DNA of 64,000 nt from an archaeon (GCA_021107635.1 JAIOSL010000043.1:9873-73872), one strand, 5' to 3'. Counted from the stretch's first letter, positions 45,704-54,467 are shown. Made by a program: numbers and translations. Notes: generated by a model from the sequence alone, not told the origin.

Positions 45704-46324
45704 ATGGACTGGAACGAAAAAAAGAAAAAACTAGCAAAAACATTATACGACATGAAAGCCATTAAATTCGGAGAATTTACTTTAGTATCAGGAAAAACAA
45801 GCCCGTACTATATTGACCTGCGCGTTGTACCGTCATATCCTGAAGCATACGACTACATCACAGACTTGTACGTAGACAAAATCAAAGAAGAGCTCACCCC
45901 AAACGGAAACGAAGTGCTTGTAGGAGTACCCACAGCAGGAGTACCATTAGCAAGCCTAATCGCCTACAAAATGAAAACACCCATGGCATACATACGCAAG
46001 AAAGCAAAAGATCATGGCACATCAAAACGCGTAGAAGGAATAATCAAACCAGACCAGAAAATCATCGTTATTGAAGACCTCATAACCAGCGGAAAAAGCA
46101 TTATAGGAACAGTTAACGACCTCCGTGAAGCAGGATTCGAATCAAAAGAGGTAGTGCTATTAGTCGACAGGCTCCAAGGAGGACCTGAAAAAATGAAACA
46201 AGAAGGCGTGACAGTCAGACCAATAATGACAGTGCTTGAAGTAGTGAATGCCTTGGAAGAAGATGGCATTATTCCAGCAGAACAAGCAAAAACCATCAGA
46301 GATTACGTGGAGGCAGAACAATGA
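45704..46324 (+). CDS. pyrE: Orotate phosphoribosyltransferase
   Basis: FGEFTLVSGKTSPYYIDLR and the PRPP loop VIEDLITSGKS are present. Confidence 0.9.
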   Translation: MDWNEKKKKLAKTLYDMKAIKFGEFTLVSGKTSPYYIDLRVVPSYPEAYDYITDLYVDKIKEELTPNGNEVLVGVPTAGVPLASLIAYKMKTPMAYIRKKAKDHGTSKRVEGIIKPDQKIIVIEDLITSGKSIIGTVNDLREAGFESKEVVLLVDRLQGGPEKMKQEGVTVRPIMTVLEVVNALEEDGIIPAEQAKTIRDYVEAEQ

Positions 46325-47199
46325 ACTTCGCAGACACTCTTATAAAAGCAATAGACAAAAAACAAAACCCCAGTATTGTCGGCCTAGACCCTCGCATCGA
46401 AAGCATTCCAGATGCAATAAAAGAAGGGAAAAATCCAGCTGAAGCATTCCTAGAATTCAACAAAGGAATCATCAACGCAGTCAAAGACACAGTACCAGCA
46501 GTAAAACCACAGATTGCCTTCTATGAACAATACGGAGTAGAAGGAATAAAAACATTCATCGAAACAGTTCAATACGCCAAATCAAAAGGCATGGTTGTCG
46601 TAGGAGACGTAAAACGCAACGATATAGGCAGCACAGCCAAAGCATATGCAAACGCACACCTAGGAGAAGCATTTGGTCTAGACGCAGTAACGGTCAATGC
46701 ATATTTAGGCACTGATGGAGTACAACCATTCCTAGACAAAACAACTGAAGGCAAAGGAATGTTCATTCTCGTAAAAACCTCAAACCCCTCCTCAGGCGAA
46801 CTCCAAGACCAACTGCTAGATGATGGAAGAAGCGTCTACCAAGCAATGGCAGAACTTGTAAACGGATGGGGACAAAACAGCATTGGAGAAAAAGGATATA
46901 ATTCTGTGGGAGCTGTAGTCGGCGCAACTTATCCAAAAGAAGCTGAACGCCTCAGAGAAATAATGCCAAAAACCATCTTCCTTGTACCTGGATACGGAGC
47001 TCAAGGAGGCGGAGCAGATGACGTGCTACCTTGTTTTAACGCTGATGGCTACGGCGCGATAGTTAATTCTTCCAGAGGAGTAATCTTTGCATATCAAAAA
47101 CAAGGCGGAGAATTTGATGAAGCAGCAGGTAAAGCAGCTCAAGCCATGAAAGACGACCTAAAAACGTCCCTCAGAAAAGCAGGAAAGTGGCCTTGGTGA
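46321..47199 (+). CDS. pyrF: Orotidine 5'-phosphate decarboxylase (type 2)
   Basis: SIVGLDP, GDVKRNDIGSTA and LVPGYGAQGG are present. The gene overlaps pyrE. Confidence 0.85.
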   Translation: MNFADTLIKAIDKKQNPSIVGLDPRIESIPDAIKEGKNPAEAFLEFNKGIINAVKDTVPAVKPQIAFYEQYGVEGIKTFIETVQYAKSKGMVVVGDVKRNDIGSTAKAYANAHLGEAFGLDAVTVNAYLGTDGVQPFLDKTTEGKGMFILVKTSNPSSGELQDQLLDDGRSVYQAMAELVNGWGQNSIGEKGYNSVGAVVGATYPKEAERLREIMPKTIFLVPGYGAQGGGADDVLPCFNADGYGAIVNSSRGVIFAYQKQGGEFDEAAGKAAQAMKDDLKTSLRKAGKWPW

Positions 47200-47303
47200 A
47201 TAGATAGTTTTAGTGTTTATTCCAATATGCTAACAGGTATGAATGGCACGGAAAAAGCATATAAAGGAATGGCAACCAACACTTAATAGTTGGTGTGTTG
47301 CTT

Positions 47304-48197
47304 ATGGTGTGGCTAATAGATTTGATAAATCTCATATTTGGTTTATTCATAATGTTATTGATGTTTATACCGACTGCAATGATAGCAGTATTTTTTATAC
47401 AATTCATGAGCGCGCTTGCCCTAAAAAAGCCAACAAAAGAAGAAACTGAAAAGAAAGGGATCAAAAAGTTTTTTAAAAAAGATTGGAAGATAATTCCAGA
47501 TGTAACAAAAAAGGATATTAAAAGAGTAATCAAAAAACCGTCTGGAATAAGCCTGATTGTAGCAAATCTCGTGATACTTATAAGTGCAGTCTCTATTTTC
47601 AATACTTTATGGGCTTTCCTTCTCATTTATTGGATGGAAAGTGCTATGATAGGATTTTATCACGTTCTAAAAATGCTATTAGTAAAAGGTGGAAGTCAGT
47701 TAAGAGACAACAAATTTGTCATGATACCCGCATTCATTTTTCTATTTGGCTATTATATGGCCAATCTTTTGTTATGGGTGTTTGCTATTCTCATAAGCAC
47801 AGCGGAAATCCCAGACATGACCCAAGTGTTTTCTATTCTGTTAGGAGTAGGTTTATTATTCTTGAGCCACGGAATTTCGTTCTATACAAATTTCCTGAAG
47901 AAAAAAGAATACGAGAAAAAAACTCTCCGAGAAATTATGTTTACTCCGTTCAGAAGAACCATAGTAATGCAACTCTCAATCGGCTTACTTTACCTTCTAG
48001 TAATACCTTTAGCAGCTATAATGATAAAGTTAGTGGAGATTCTTTTCATAACATTCGAATTAATGCCTAAAGAAAATTTTGAAATTTTAGGCGCTCAAAT
48101 AATTTTGTATTTTGTCGCTGCAGTGATAATAACCGGTAAAACTCTAATAGACCTAGCTTCTCATGCAGCAGAAAGAAAACGCTTTGGCTCGTTATAG
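47304..48197 (+). CDS. Polytopic membrane protein, family A (paralogue of 49253..49999)
   Basis: It shares PSGI.LI.AN, YW.E....GFY, SHG.SF.TNF..(K/R)KEYE and the C-terminal D L..HA.ERK.F with the paralogue. The start could be the GTG at 47295 or the ATG at 47304. Confidence 0.6.
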   Translation: MVWLIDLINLIFGLFIMLLMFIPTAMIAVFFIQFMSALALKKPTKEETEKKGIKKFFKKDWKIIPDVTKKDIKRVIKKPSGISLIVANLVILISAVSIFNTLWAFLLIYWMESAMIGFYHVLKMLLVKGGSQLRDNKFVMIPAFIFLFGYYMANLLLWVFAILISTAEIPDMTQVFSILLGVGLLFLSHGISFYTNFLKKKEYEKKTLREIMFTPFRRTIVMQLSIGLLYLLVIPLAAIMIKLVEILFITFELMPKENFEILGAQIILYFVAAVIITGKTLIDLASHAAERKRFGSL

Positions 48198-48249
48198 GAT
48201 AAAACAAAACTATTTAAATCGTTGTTTCATACTCTTGTTAAGTGATAAA

Positions 48250-48627
48250 ATGGGCATGTTTGATTTTCTGAAAGGAGAAACAGAAGAACAAAAAATGAAA
48301 ATAAAAAGAGAAGAACGACAACAAAAAATGGAAATGCAAAAAAAATTGATAGAGAATAAAGGCAAACCATTGAAAATACTAATACAAGACACTTATGAAA
48401 TAACAGGTATAGGATTAGTGGCAGTGGGTAGAGTTGAAAGTGGAATAGCAGAGATAGGTCAACAAGTTGTAGTCCGGCCCTCTGGAGCTACTGGAGAAAT
48501 TAAAACAATTGAAGCAAACCACCAAAAACTACAGCAAGCCGCTCCTGGTACCAGCATTGGATTTAGTATCAGTGGAATAAACAAAAGTCAAATTGGTAAA
48601 GGAAGTATTGTAGAAATACTAGAATGA
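48250..48627 (+). CDS. Stand-alone EF-1alpha/EF-Tu domain-II beta-barrel protein with a K/E-rich N-terminal tail
   Basis: PLKILIQDTYEITGIGLVAVGRVESGIAEIGQQVVVRPSGATGEIKTIEANHQKLQQAAPGTSIGFSISGINKSQIGKGSIV is a near-textbook EF-1alpha domain 2. No GTPase domain is present. Confidence 0.65.
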   Translation: MGMFDFLKGETEEQKMKIKREERQQKMEMQKKLIENKGKPLKILIQDTYEITGIGLVAVGRVESGIAEIGQQVVVRPSGATGEIKTIEANHQKLQQAAPGTSIGFSISGINKSQIGKGSIVEILE

Positions 48628-49176
48628 TTCAGCAGCAAAAATCAACACTAAAGCAATCACCAACAAAATCACACCAAAGGCAAACAACAATAAACCAAGC
48701 TTTTGCTTCTTCAAAAACTCCCTCTCAACAATACCAACCAAAATCAACGCAGCTCCGAAAAAACCAATAGCTGCAATCATAATAATTTTGTCAAGAGTGA
48801 AAATTTGTTTAGTGATTTCGCCAAAACCAGAAACTACATAAACAGGCAATTCATGTTCAAGAATAACACAACTTTTTTCTTCATTCGCTCCAACCCAAAA
48901 CCTTAAAGAAAAACTTCCTCCTGGAGGCAAATCAGCTAAAGTAACAAACTCACCAGAACCAATTGAAACATTACGAGAAACAATAGTAATAGTTGTATCA
49001 GAATCACATTCTAAGTTAACAGGAACAGAAGCATTACCCACGTTCTTAATCCTATAATACCAGTTGTCTCCAGTTAACTCAAGAGAAGAATCATCCAATT
49101 CCTCAAAAGTACTCTCAGGTAAACTAAGAGCAAACGCAGAAGAAATTAACAATAACAAAAGAATAATCCTTTTCAT
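48619..49176 (-). CDS. Secreted hypothetical protein with a C-terminal membrane anchor
   Basis: Signal peptide MKRIILLLLLISSAFA and two C-terminal TM helices. The ATG at 49176 is preferred over the TTG at 49191. Confidence 0.5.
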   Translation of the reverse strand: MKRIILLLLLISSAFALSLPESTFEELDDSSLELTGDNWYYRIKNVGNASVPVNLECDSDTTITIVSRNVSIGSGEFVTLADLPPGGSFSLRFWVGANEEKSCVILEHELPVYVVSGFGEITKQIFTLDKIIMIAAIGFFGAALILVGIVEREFLKKQKLGLLLFAFGVILLVIALVLIFAAESF

Positions 49177-49252
49177 CAAAAATAATAACAAGGTTCAAAT
49201 ATTTAAAGGCATAAGCCTACTGATTTTAATATTACAACAGAGTATTCCCCTC

Positions 49253-49999
49253 ATGCCCATAAGAACACTCAAAACAATGCTTTTTCCACACGTTGGCCTG
49301 ACAGAACTTAAAAAAGTAATTACATATCCATCCGGCATAGTCTTGATTCTAGCAAACATTATAGTACTTTTAGGAGTAATCTTCTCAGGATGGAATGCAC
49401 TCACAGTAATAACGCTCTACTGGGCAGAAATAGGCATTGTTGGATTCTACACAATGATCAAAATGGAAATGGCAAAAAAAATCCAAAATCCAGCAGAACA
49501 CTTTTTTCCAACAATGACACCACGCTTCCTTAAAGAACACTTCTTCACAGCAAAATTACTTGCACTACTCTTTTTCCTAATATACTTTGGAATACTAATG
49601 CTAGCATACATCTCACTAATCTTTGCGATATTCCTTCCAACCCTAGCGCTCCCAAACACACCGGGACACCTCCTTCCCCACTACATCAATCAAATCATGA
49701 ACATTGCACTCCTAGAAGGAGTATATATCGGACTGGCAGTACTATTCATAAGTCACGGAGTCTCCTTTGCAACTAACTTCATAGGAAGAAAAGAATACGA
49801 ACACGAAAGTCTCATAGCAGGAGCAACCTCTCCACTCCCAAGACTTATAGTAGTACACATAATACTATTACTAGGAATAGCAATAGTAGTTTACTGGAAA
49901 GGCGACATACTTTTACCACTCACGTTAGTAGTAATAGGAAAAACCGTTTTAGACCTTCTAGGACACGCAAACGAACGAAAACTTTTTGAAACAATCTAA
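49253..49999 (+). CDS. Polytopic membrane protein, family A (paralogue of 47304..48197)
   Basis: See 47304..48197. The ATG at 49253 avoids overlap with the minus-strand gene; the track start at 49064 is rejected. Confidence 0.6.
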   Translation: MPIRTLKTMLFPHVGLTELKKVITYPSGIVLILANIIVLLGVIFSGWNALTVITLYWAEIGIVGFYTMIKMEMAKKIQNPAEHFFPTMTPRFLKEHFFTAKLLALLFFLIYFGILMLAYISLIFAIFLPTLALPNTPGHLLPHYINQIMNIALLEGVYIGLAVLFISHGVSFATNFIGRKEYEHESLIAGATSPLPRLIVVHIILLLGIAIVVYWKGDILLPLTLVVIGKTVLDLLGHANERKLFETI

Positions 50000-50499
50000 C
50001 ACATTAGAGCAGCAAGCTCATGATTAAGCTCCTCAGCACGCTGAATAACAGGACTATTAGGGCCTACATCCTCTTTTAGTTTCCTTAAAGCTTCTGCAAA
50101 ACTCATTAAATGAGTGCCATCCACAAGAAAATCCACAAAAGTAACAATCTTCTCTTCCAAAGTCTCAGGCATATAATTCTTTTTAGGAAGACCAAGTTTA
50201 ACAGCACACTCCTTGCTGATTCCAACGCCAATATGACGCTCAGCAATATTAGCTAGCTTATCCAATTCCTTTTCTCGTAAAATGATAGCTCCTTTAATTC
50301 CATGATCTAACCCATAAGACTGAGACCGCCCAATATCATGCAATAAAGCCCCAACCTCAACAAGTTCTAAATCAACAGGAACACTCACCTTCTTAGCAAA
50401 TTCTACTGCTTTCTTAGAAACAAACTTGGAATGTTCTATGACTTCCTGTGGCGTTTCAACTTCTTCAAGCAACTGCAGTGCCTCATCTCTTGAAATCAT
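49996..50499 (-). CDS. HD-domain phosphohydrolase
   Basis: LLHDIGR and ERHIGVG are the HD-superfamily metal-binding motifs. Confidence 0.8.
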   Translation of the reverse strand: MISRDEALQLLEEVETPQEVIEHSKFVSKKAVEFAKKVSVPVDLELVEVGALLHDIGRSQSYGLDHGIKGAIILREKELDKLANIAERHIGVGISKECAVKLGLPKKNYMPETLEEKIVTFVDFLVDGTHLMSFAEALRKLKEDVGPNSPVIQRAEELNHELAALMC

Positions 50500-51008
50500 T
50501 TTCCATCAAGTTTGTGAAGTGATTTTTGAAGATTTTTTATCTCTTTAATTATTTCAGTGACAGCTTCCTTATTGTCCACATGCCTCATTTCTTTACCACA
50601 CTCAGGACACTTAAAATCATACTCTGCTGCAAGCTCAAAAGGCAGTTTTTCACAACCTGCAACACATTTAAAGAAAACATAATTAGATTCATCATCCAAT
50701 TGTACCTCAAGACTTTTCATCCGGTTCTTCCAACGCTCTTTAACCACTTGTTCAACTTTATCCTTATTCAAAAACCAAGTATACGTGTACCAATTAGTAC
50801 GAGCATCTTTCTCCCGGTCATAACCAATCAAACCAGAATAATGCAATTGATTCAATAAAGACCTAATAACATTTAACTGAAAACCAGTCTTTTTCATAAT
50901 CTCTTCGTCAGTAAGCTCCCCCTTCTTACAAGCTTCCAACACCACTAAACCGTTCTCACCAACAACGTCTTTTAAGACCCCACGCGCCTCTCGATAACAT
51001 AAACTCAA
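50496..51008 (-). CDS. tfe: Transcription factor E (TFE alpha, TFIIE-alpha homologue)
   Basis: An N-terminal winged helix (LTDEEIMKKTGFQLNVIRSLLNQLHYSGLI) is followed by the zinc ribbon FKCVAGCEKL...FKCPECGKEM. Confidence 0.8.
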   Translation of the reverse strand: MSLCYREARGVLKDVVGENGLVVLEACKKGELTDEEIMKKTGFQLNVIRSLLNQLHYSGLIGYDREKDARTNWYTYTWFLNKDKVEQVVKERWKNRMKSLEVQLDDESNYVFFKCVAGCEKLPFELAAEYDFKCPECGKEMRHVDNKEAVTEIIKEIKNLQKSLHKLDGK

Positions 51009-51100
51009 AAAAATCCCTTGAATTATTTATAGTAAACCAGATATTTAAGTCTTCCTTGTTAAAGTTTTTATACCCCTAGATTCCTAAAATGAGAGCTGAC

Positions 51101-51201
51101 GGGCTCGTAGCTCAGTCTGCAAAGGGTTAAACCTTTGCCTGTAATGGCAGAGCACCAGGCTCTTAACCTGGCTGCCGCGGGTTCAAATCCCGTCGGGCCC
51201 T
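51101..51201 (+). tRNA. tRNA-Lys(CUU) with an intron of about 26 nt in the D-loop
   Basis: Acceptor GGGCTCG/CGGGCCC, D stem GCTC/GAGC, anticodon arm CCAGG-CTCTTAA-CCTGG, T arm GCGGG-TTCAAAT-CCCGT. The insert CAAAGGGTTAAACCTTTGCCTGTAAT, with a CAAAGG/CCTTTG hairpin, splits the D-loop GG region. A TATA-like TTTTTATA lies about 28 nt upstream. Confidence 0.85.
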
Positions 51202-51206
51202 TCAAT

Positions 51207-51300
51207 GCGCCAATAGTCTAGCCTGGTAGGACTCAAGCTTGCCACTTTTCGCGAGAAAAGCAAAGAGCTTGTGGCGGGGGTTCAAATCCCCCTTGGCGCA
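51207..51300 (+). tRNA. tRNA-Gly(GCC) with a canonical 37/38 intron (about 21 nt)
   Basis: Acceptor GCGCCAA/TTGGCGC, anticodon arm CAAGC-TTGCCA[CTTTTCGCGAGAAAAGCAAAG]A-GCTTG, T arm GGGGG-TTCAAAT-CCCCC. It starts 5 nt after the preceding tRNA. Confidence 0.85.
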
Positions 51301-51344
51301 TTTTCAAAAAAAGATTTATACTAGCAACAGTTAAACATTATCAA

Positions 51345-52943
51345 ATGAAAACCCTGTTGCTAATCTTACTACTTTTAACTTTCGTACAAGCTCAAACACT
51401 TAGTGTAATCAACGCAGGAAGTGCAGAAATAGAACTAGTACTAGAAGGAAATGCAGCAGAAAATCAGACATTATACTTGCCTGCCACAAACACACGTCAA
51501 AAAGTAGTTTATCCTACAGAAATAGAAACATGGAAAGACGAACACGAAAACGTTCTAACTAACGTAACAGGAAATTACTCTCATACATTTCATGTTACAA
51601 TAGATGCAACTAAACCCCTTCTATTCGATGAAAAATATCCGCCAAACAAAGAAAATCAATACCTGAAAGAAAGTGACTTCATAGAAATTACTCCTGAAGT
51701 CAAAAGCAAAGCAGAAAGCATAATTGGGAACAACAATTCCACTTTAGAAGCAATAGCACTTCTAACAGAATGGGTATATGATAACATTGAATACAACTCT
51801 TCATACTCTGGTATCAAAACTACAAAAGAAATATTAAACACCAAACAAGGAGTCTGTTCTGAATACGCAACCATGTATACTGCCTTAGCAAGAGCATCAG
51901 GAATACCCACCAGAATAATAACAGGGATAGCAAACACTGGCTCTGGCTGGGTGCGTCATGCATGGGCAGAAAGCTTAGTATCAGGACACTGGATTCCAAT
52001 CGAACCAACATACAAAGAAGCAGGAACTAGAAACGCCCTAGCAGTAAAACTTTATTCAGGAAATTCTTATCCACTCTATCTACTTCCTGATAGTACAGAA
52101 GAATTCAAAATCCAAAACTATAGCGCGAACGCATTCCAGTTTGAAACAACAATAAATGCCAAACTATCAAAAACTATTCTAGCTCCAGAAGAAATGTTTT
52201 ACCTACAAGCAGAAATAACGAATCAAGAAGCATCAACGATTATGCCCAGCTACATGGTACAAAAAAATATTGGGATAACAAGTTTGGACTCCTTCCGTAA
52301 AATCGTTGTAATACCGCCAGGAAAAAGGGCAAACATTGAATGGGAATTCATAGGCCCATATGGAGAAAGAAATGAATACGTACTGTTTTTCAAAGGACCC
52401 GGAACAGAAGAAAAATTCACTATAAAAGTAGATCCAAACCAAACCGCTCAAAAAACAGGAACCATAGAAATAACAGAAGTATTCGCAAAAGGACAAGAAG
52501 AAGTACTTGAACTAGAAATCACAATAAAAAATAAAGGAAACCGGGACATACAAGCAACAGTTAGAACAATAACCAAAACAGGCTCAAAAAGCAACAACAT
52601 AAACCTTAACGCAGGAGAAGAAAAAACAATTAACTTTTCCTATTCAATCAAACCAGGAATGCAAGAATATACAGTCATAGCAACATCCAACCGGGAAACC
52701 AGAATAGAAAAAGGCACAATAGAAGTTACAAAAGCCCTTGAACCACAGCAAAGCTTATTAAAAAGCTTAAACCAAAATTTACAAACACATCCTATATACT
52801 TTACAATCATCATACTAGTCATTCTTGGAGTAATAATCCTCTTAATACACCCAAGAATCAAAAAAACAAAAAAACCATTCAAAAAGAAACACAAAAGCAA
52901 ATGGCATCGGCTCGTCAAAATTAAGAAAAAAAAGCGACCGTAG
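51345..52943 (+). CDS. Secreted transglutaminase-like cysteine protease-fold protein with CARDB-like repeats and a C-terminal anchor
   Basis: Signal peptide, then the canonical core QGVCSEYATMYTALARASGIPTRIITG...RHAWAE. A C-terminal TM helix is followed by a K-rich tail. The stop codon lies inside the next tRNA gene. Confidence 0.8.
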   Translation: MKTLLLILLLLTFVQAQTLSVINAGSAEIELVLEGNAAENQTLYLPATNTRQKVVYPTEIETWKDEHENVLTNVTGNYSHTFHVTIDATKPLLFDEKYPPNKENQYLKESDFIEITPEVKSKAESIIGNNNSTLEAIALLTEWVYDNIEYNSSYSGIKTTKEILNTKQGVCSEYATMYTALARASGIPTRIITGIANTGSGWVRHAWAESLVSGHWIPIEPTYKEAGTRNALAVKLYSGNSYPLYLLPDSTEEFKIQNYSANAFQFETTINAKLSKTILAPEEMFYLQAEITNQEASTIMPSYMVQKNIGITSLDSFRKIVVIPPGKRANIEWEFIGPYGERNEYVLFFKGPGTEEKFTIKVDPNQTAQKTGTIEITEVFAKGQEEVLELEITIKNKGNRDIQATVRTITKTGSKSNNINLNAGEEKTINFSYSIKPGMQEYTVIATSNRETRIEKGTIEVTKALEPQQSLLKSLNQNLQTHPIYFTIIILVILGVIILLIHPRIKKTKKPFKKKHKSKWHRLVKIKKKKRP

Positions 52944-53006
52944 TCTAGTCTGGTAGGACTTTAGCCTTCCAAGCTAATAACCTGGGTTCAAATCCCAGCG
53001 GTCGCA
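52934..53006 (+). tRNA. tRNA-Gly(UCC), intron-less
   Basis: Acceptor GCGACCG/CGGTCGC, anticodon arm TTAGC-CTTCCAA-GCTAA, T arm CTGGG-TTCAAAT-CCCAG. Confidence 0.9.
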
Positions 53007-53024
53007 CTTTAACATTGTGATAAT

Positions 53025-54107
53025 ATGGAACACCTAGAAAGAAAGTATTCTGAACTCAAAAAACAGCGTAAGAAGCTCACCCAAGAAATGCTTGCCATAA
53101 TGAAAAACGAAAAAAAATTCATGCGAGACAACAAAACCAAAGATATAATCACTCTCCTTGAAAGCAAAGCTCTTCTCAAAAAAAATCAAAAAGAATACCT
53201 AATAAACTATCTGGACAGCTACGCTGGACAAGTAGGACCAGACATAGAAGTCCTGAAAAAAACCGATGCGGAAAAAATAGTCCGCAGAACTACCTTCTCA
53301 AATCCAGCGAACGAAGCAGCCGCAAGAAGAAACCCGGAAAGCTACAAAATAAGATACATAAACCTTTACAAAAATCTCACGAATCACAGCAATCACTTAA
53401 TAGAAAAAAGAGAACGTATGTTTCAACTAGAACAAGAAATGCACGACATAAACAAACAAATCGAAAAACATGAAAAAATCGCTGACATAGAACATGAAAA
53501 CCATAGAACTGCAATAAGACTCAAAAAAAGAAAAAAAGAACTAAGAGGCTACAGGAAAAAAATAACCGATTATGAAAAAAACGCTGAACACCACGCCATA
53601 GAAATAAACAGGCTAACCCAACAAGAAAAAAACATCCTAAATTGGCTCACCAAAGAAAGACTAGCCAAAGTCAAAGAAGTAACCAGGATAGCAAAAACAA
53701 TGAGAAAACACGGAGTAATCGAATATGACAAGCAAATCAAAGATCTCAAAAAAATCTCGTTCGTCAGAGTAACCATTGGAAAAAACAAGATAGAAACAGC
53801 AACAACCAAACACTTCGACCTAATGAAAAACTCTTTAGAATATGCTAGAACCATAGCTAAAAGTCCAGCAAAAAAACACAAAGAACAAAAAGAAGCATAT
53901 CAAGATCTTATAGACGTTGTGGACAAGGCAACTTTAAGTCCCCAGCAAACATTCCACATAAAAAACAGAGAAATTATCAAAAAAATTGAAGAAATACCAA
54001 AGATACAAAAGCAGCTCCATGAACATAGAGAACAAAGTAGAAACCACGCCAGAAACGCACGAAACGCGAGAGAACACCTGAGACGACTCAGATCCAAAAA
54101 AATCTAA
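53025..54107 (+). CDS. Hypothetical highly basic coiled-coil protein
   Basis: 360-aa K/E/R-rich ORF flanked by tRNA genes on both sides. No motif recognised. Confidence 0.5.
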   Translation: MEHLERKYSELKKQRKKLTQEMLAIMKNEKKFMRDNKTKDIITLLESKALLKKNQKEYLINYLDSYAGQVGPDIEVLKKTDAEKIVRRTTFSNPANEAAARRNPESYKIRYINLYKNLTNHSNHLIEKRERMFQLEQEMHDINKQIEKHEKIADIEHENHRTAIRLKKRKKELRGYRKKITDYEKNAEHHAIEINRLTQQEKNILNWLTKERLAKVKEVTRIAKTMRKHGVIEYDKQIKDLKKISFVRVTIGKNKIETATTKHFDLMKNSLEYARTIAKSPAKKHKEQKEAYQDLIDVVDKATLSPQQTFHIKNREIIKKIEEIPKIQKQLHEHREQSRNHARNARNAREHLRRLRSKKI

Positions 54108-54146
54108 AACCTTTAAAAACCAGAAAAACCAAAAGGATAAAACCGT

Positions 54147-54255
54147 GGGACGATAGCTCAGCTTGGGAGAGCGCCAGATTGACAGGATATTTCTTCGTGT
54201 CAAGGCGATGCTGAAGACCTGGGTGTCGGGGGTTCAAATCCCCCTCGTCTCACCA
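54147..54255 (+). tRNA. tRNA-Phe(GAA) with a 32-nt intron inside the anticodon stem (near position 30/31) and an encoded CCA
   Basis: Acceptor GGGACGA/TCGTCTC, D arm GCTC-AGCTTGGGA-GAGC. The anticodon arm is only restored as CCAG[ATTGACAGGATATTTCTTCGTGTCAAGGCGAT]G-CTGAAGA-CCTGG, and the intron has a TTGACA/TGTCAA hairpin. T arm GGGGG-TTCAAAT-CCCCC, followed by A-CCA. Confidence 0.8.
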
Positions 54256-54281
54256 AAATATTCATTGCCCGCTAGCTTTTA

Positions 54282-54467
54282 TTATTTCGGAACAGGAGGA
54301 GGATCACTAGGCTTCTTCCTTAAAGCCAAACTACGCTCAAAAACAGAAAGCTCTTCTTCAATCTGCTCATCAGAATACCCCTCCAAACGAAAATAACCAA
54401 AAATTTTAGAACGAACAATACCACGCTCAACCATACCCCTCAACACTTTCAAATGATTATACTTCAT
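54282..54467 (-). CDS. Small hypothetical protein (61 aa)
   Basis: MKYNHLKVLRGMVERGIVRSKIFGYFRLEGYSDEQIEEELSVFERSLALRKKPSDPPPVPK. I shortened it from the track ORF, whose N-terminal extension would run through the promoter region of the divergent gene. Confidence 0.35.
   Translation of the reverse strand: MKYNHLKVLRGMVERGIVRSKIFGYFRLEGYSDEQIEEELSVFERSLALRKKPSDPPPVPK

Noticed and set aside
54163-54396. 77-aa plus-strand ORF
   Set aside because: It starts inside tRNA-Phe and runs antisense to the small minus-strand gene, and nothing supports it.
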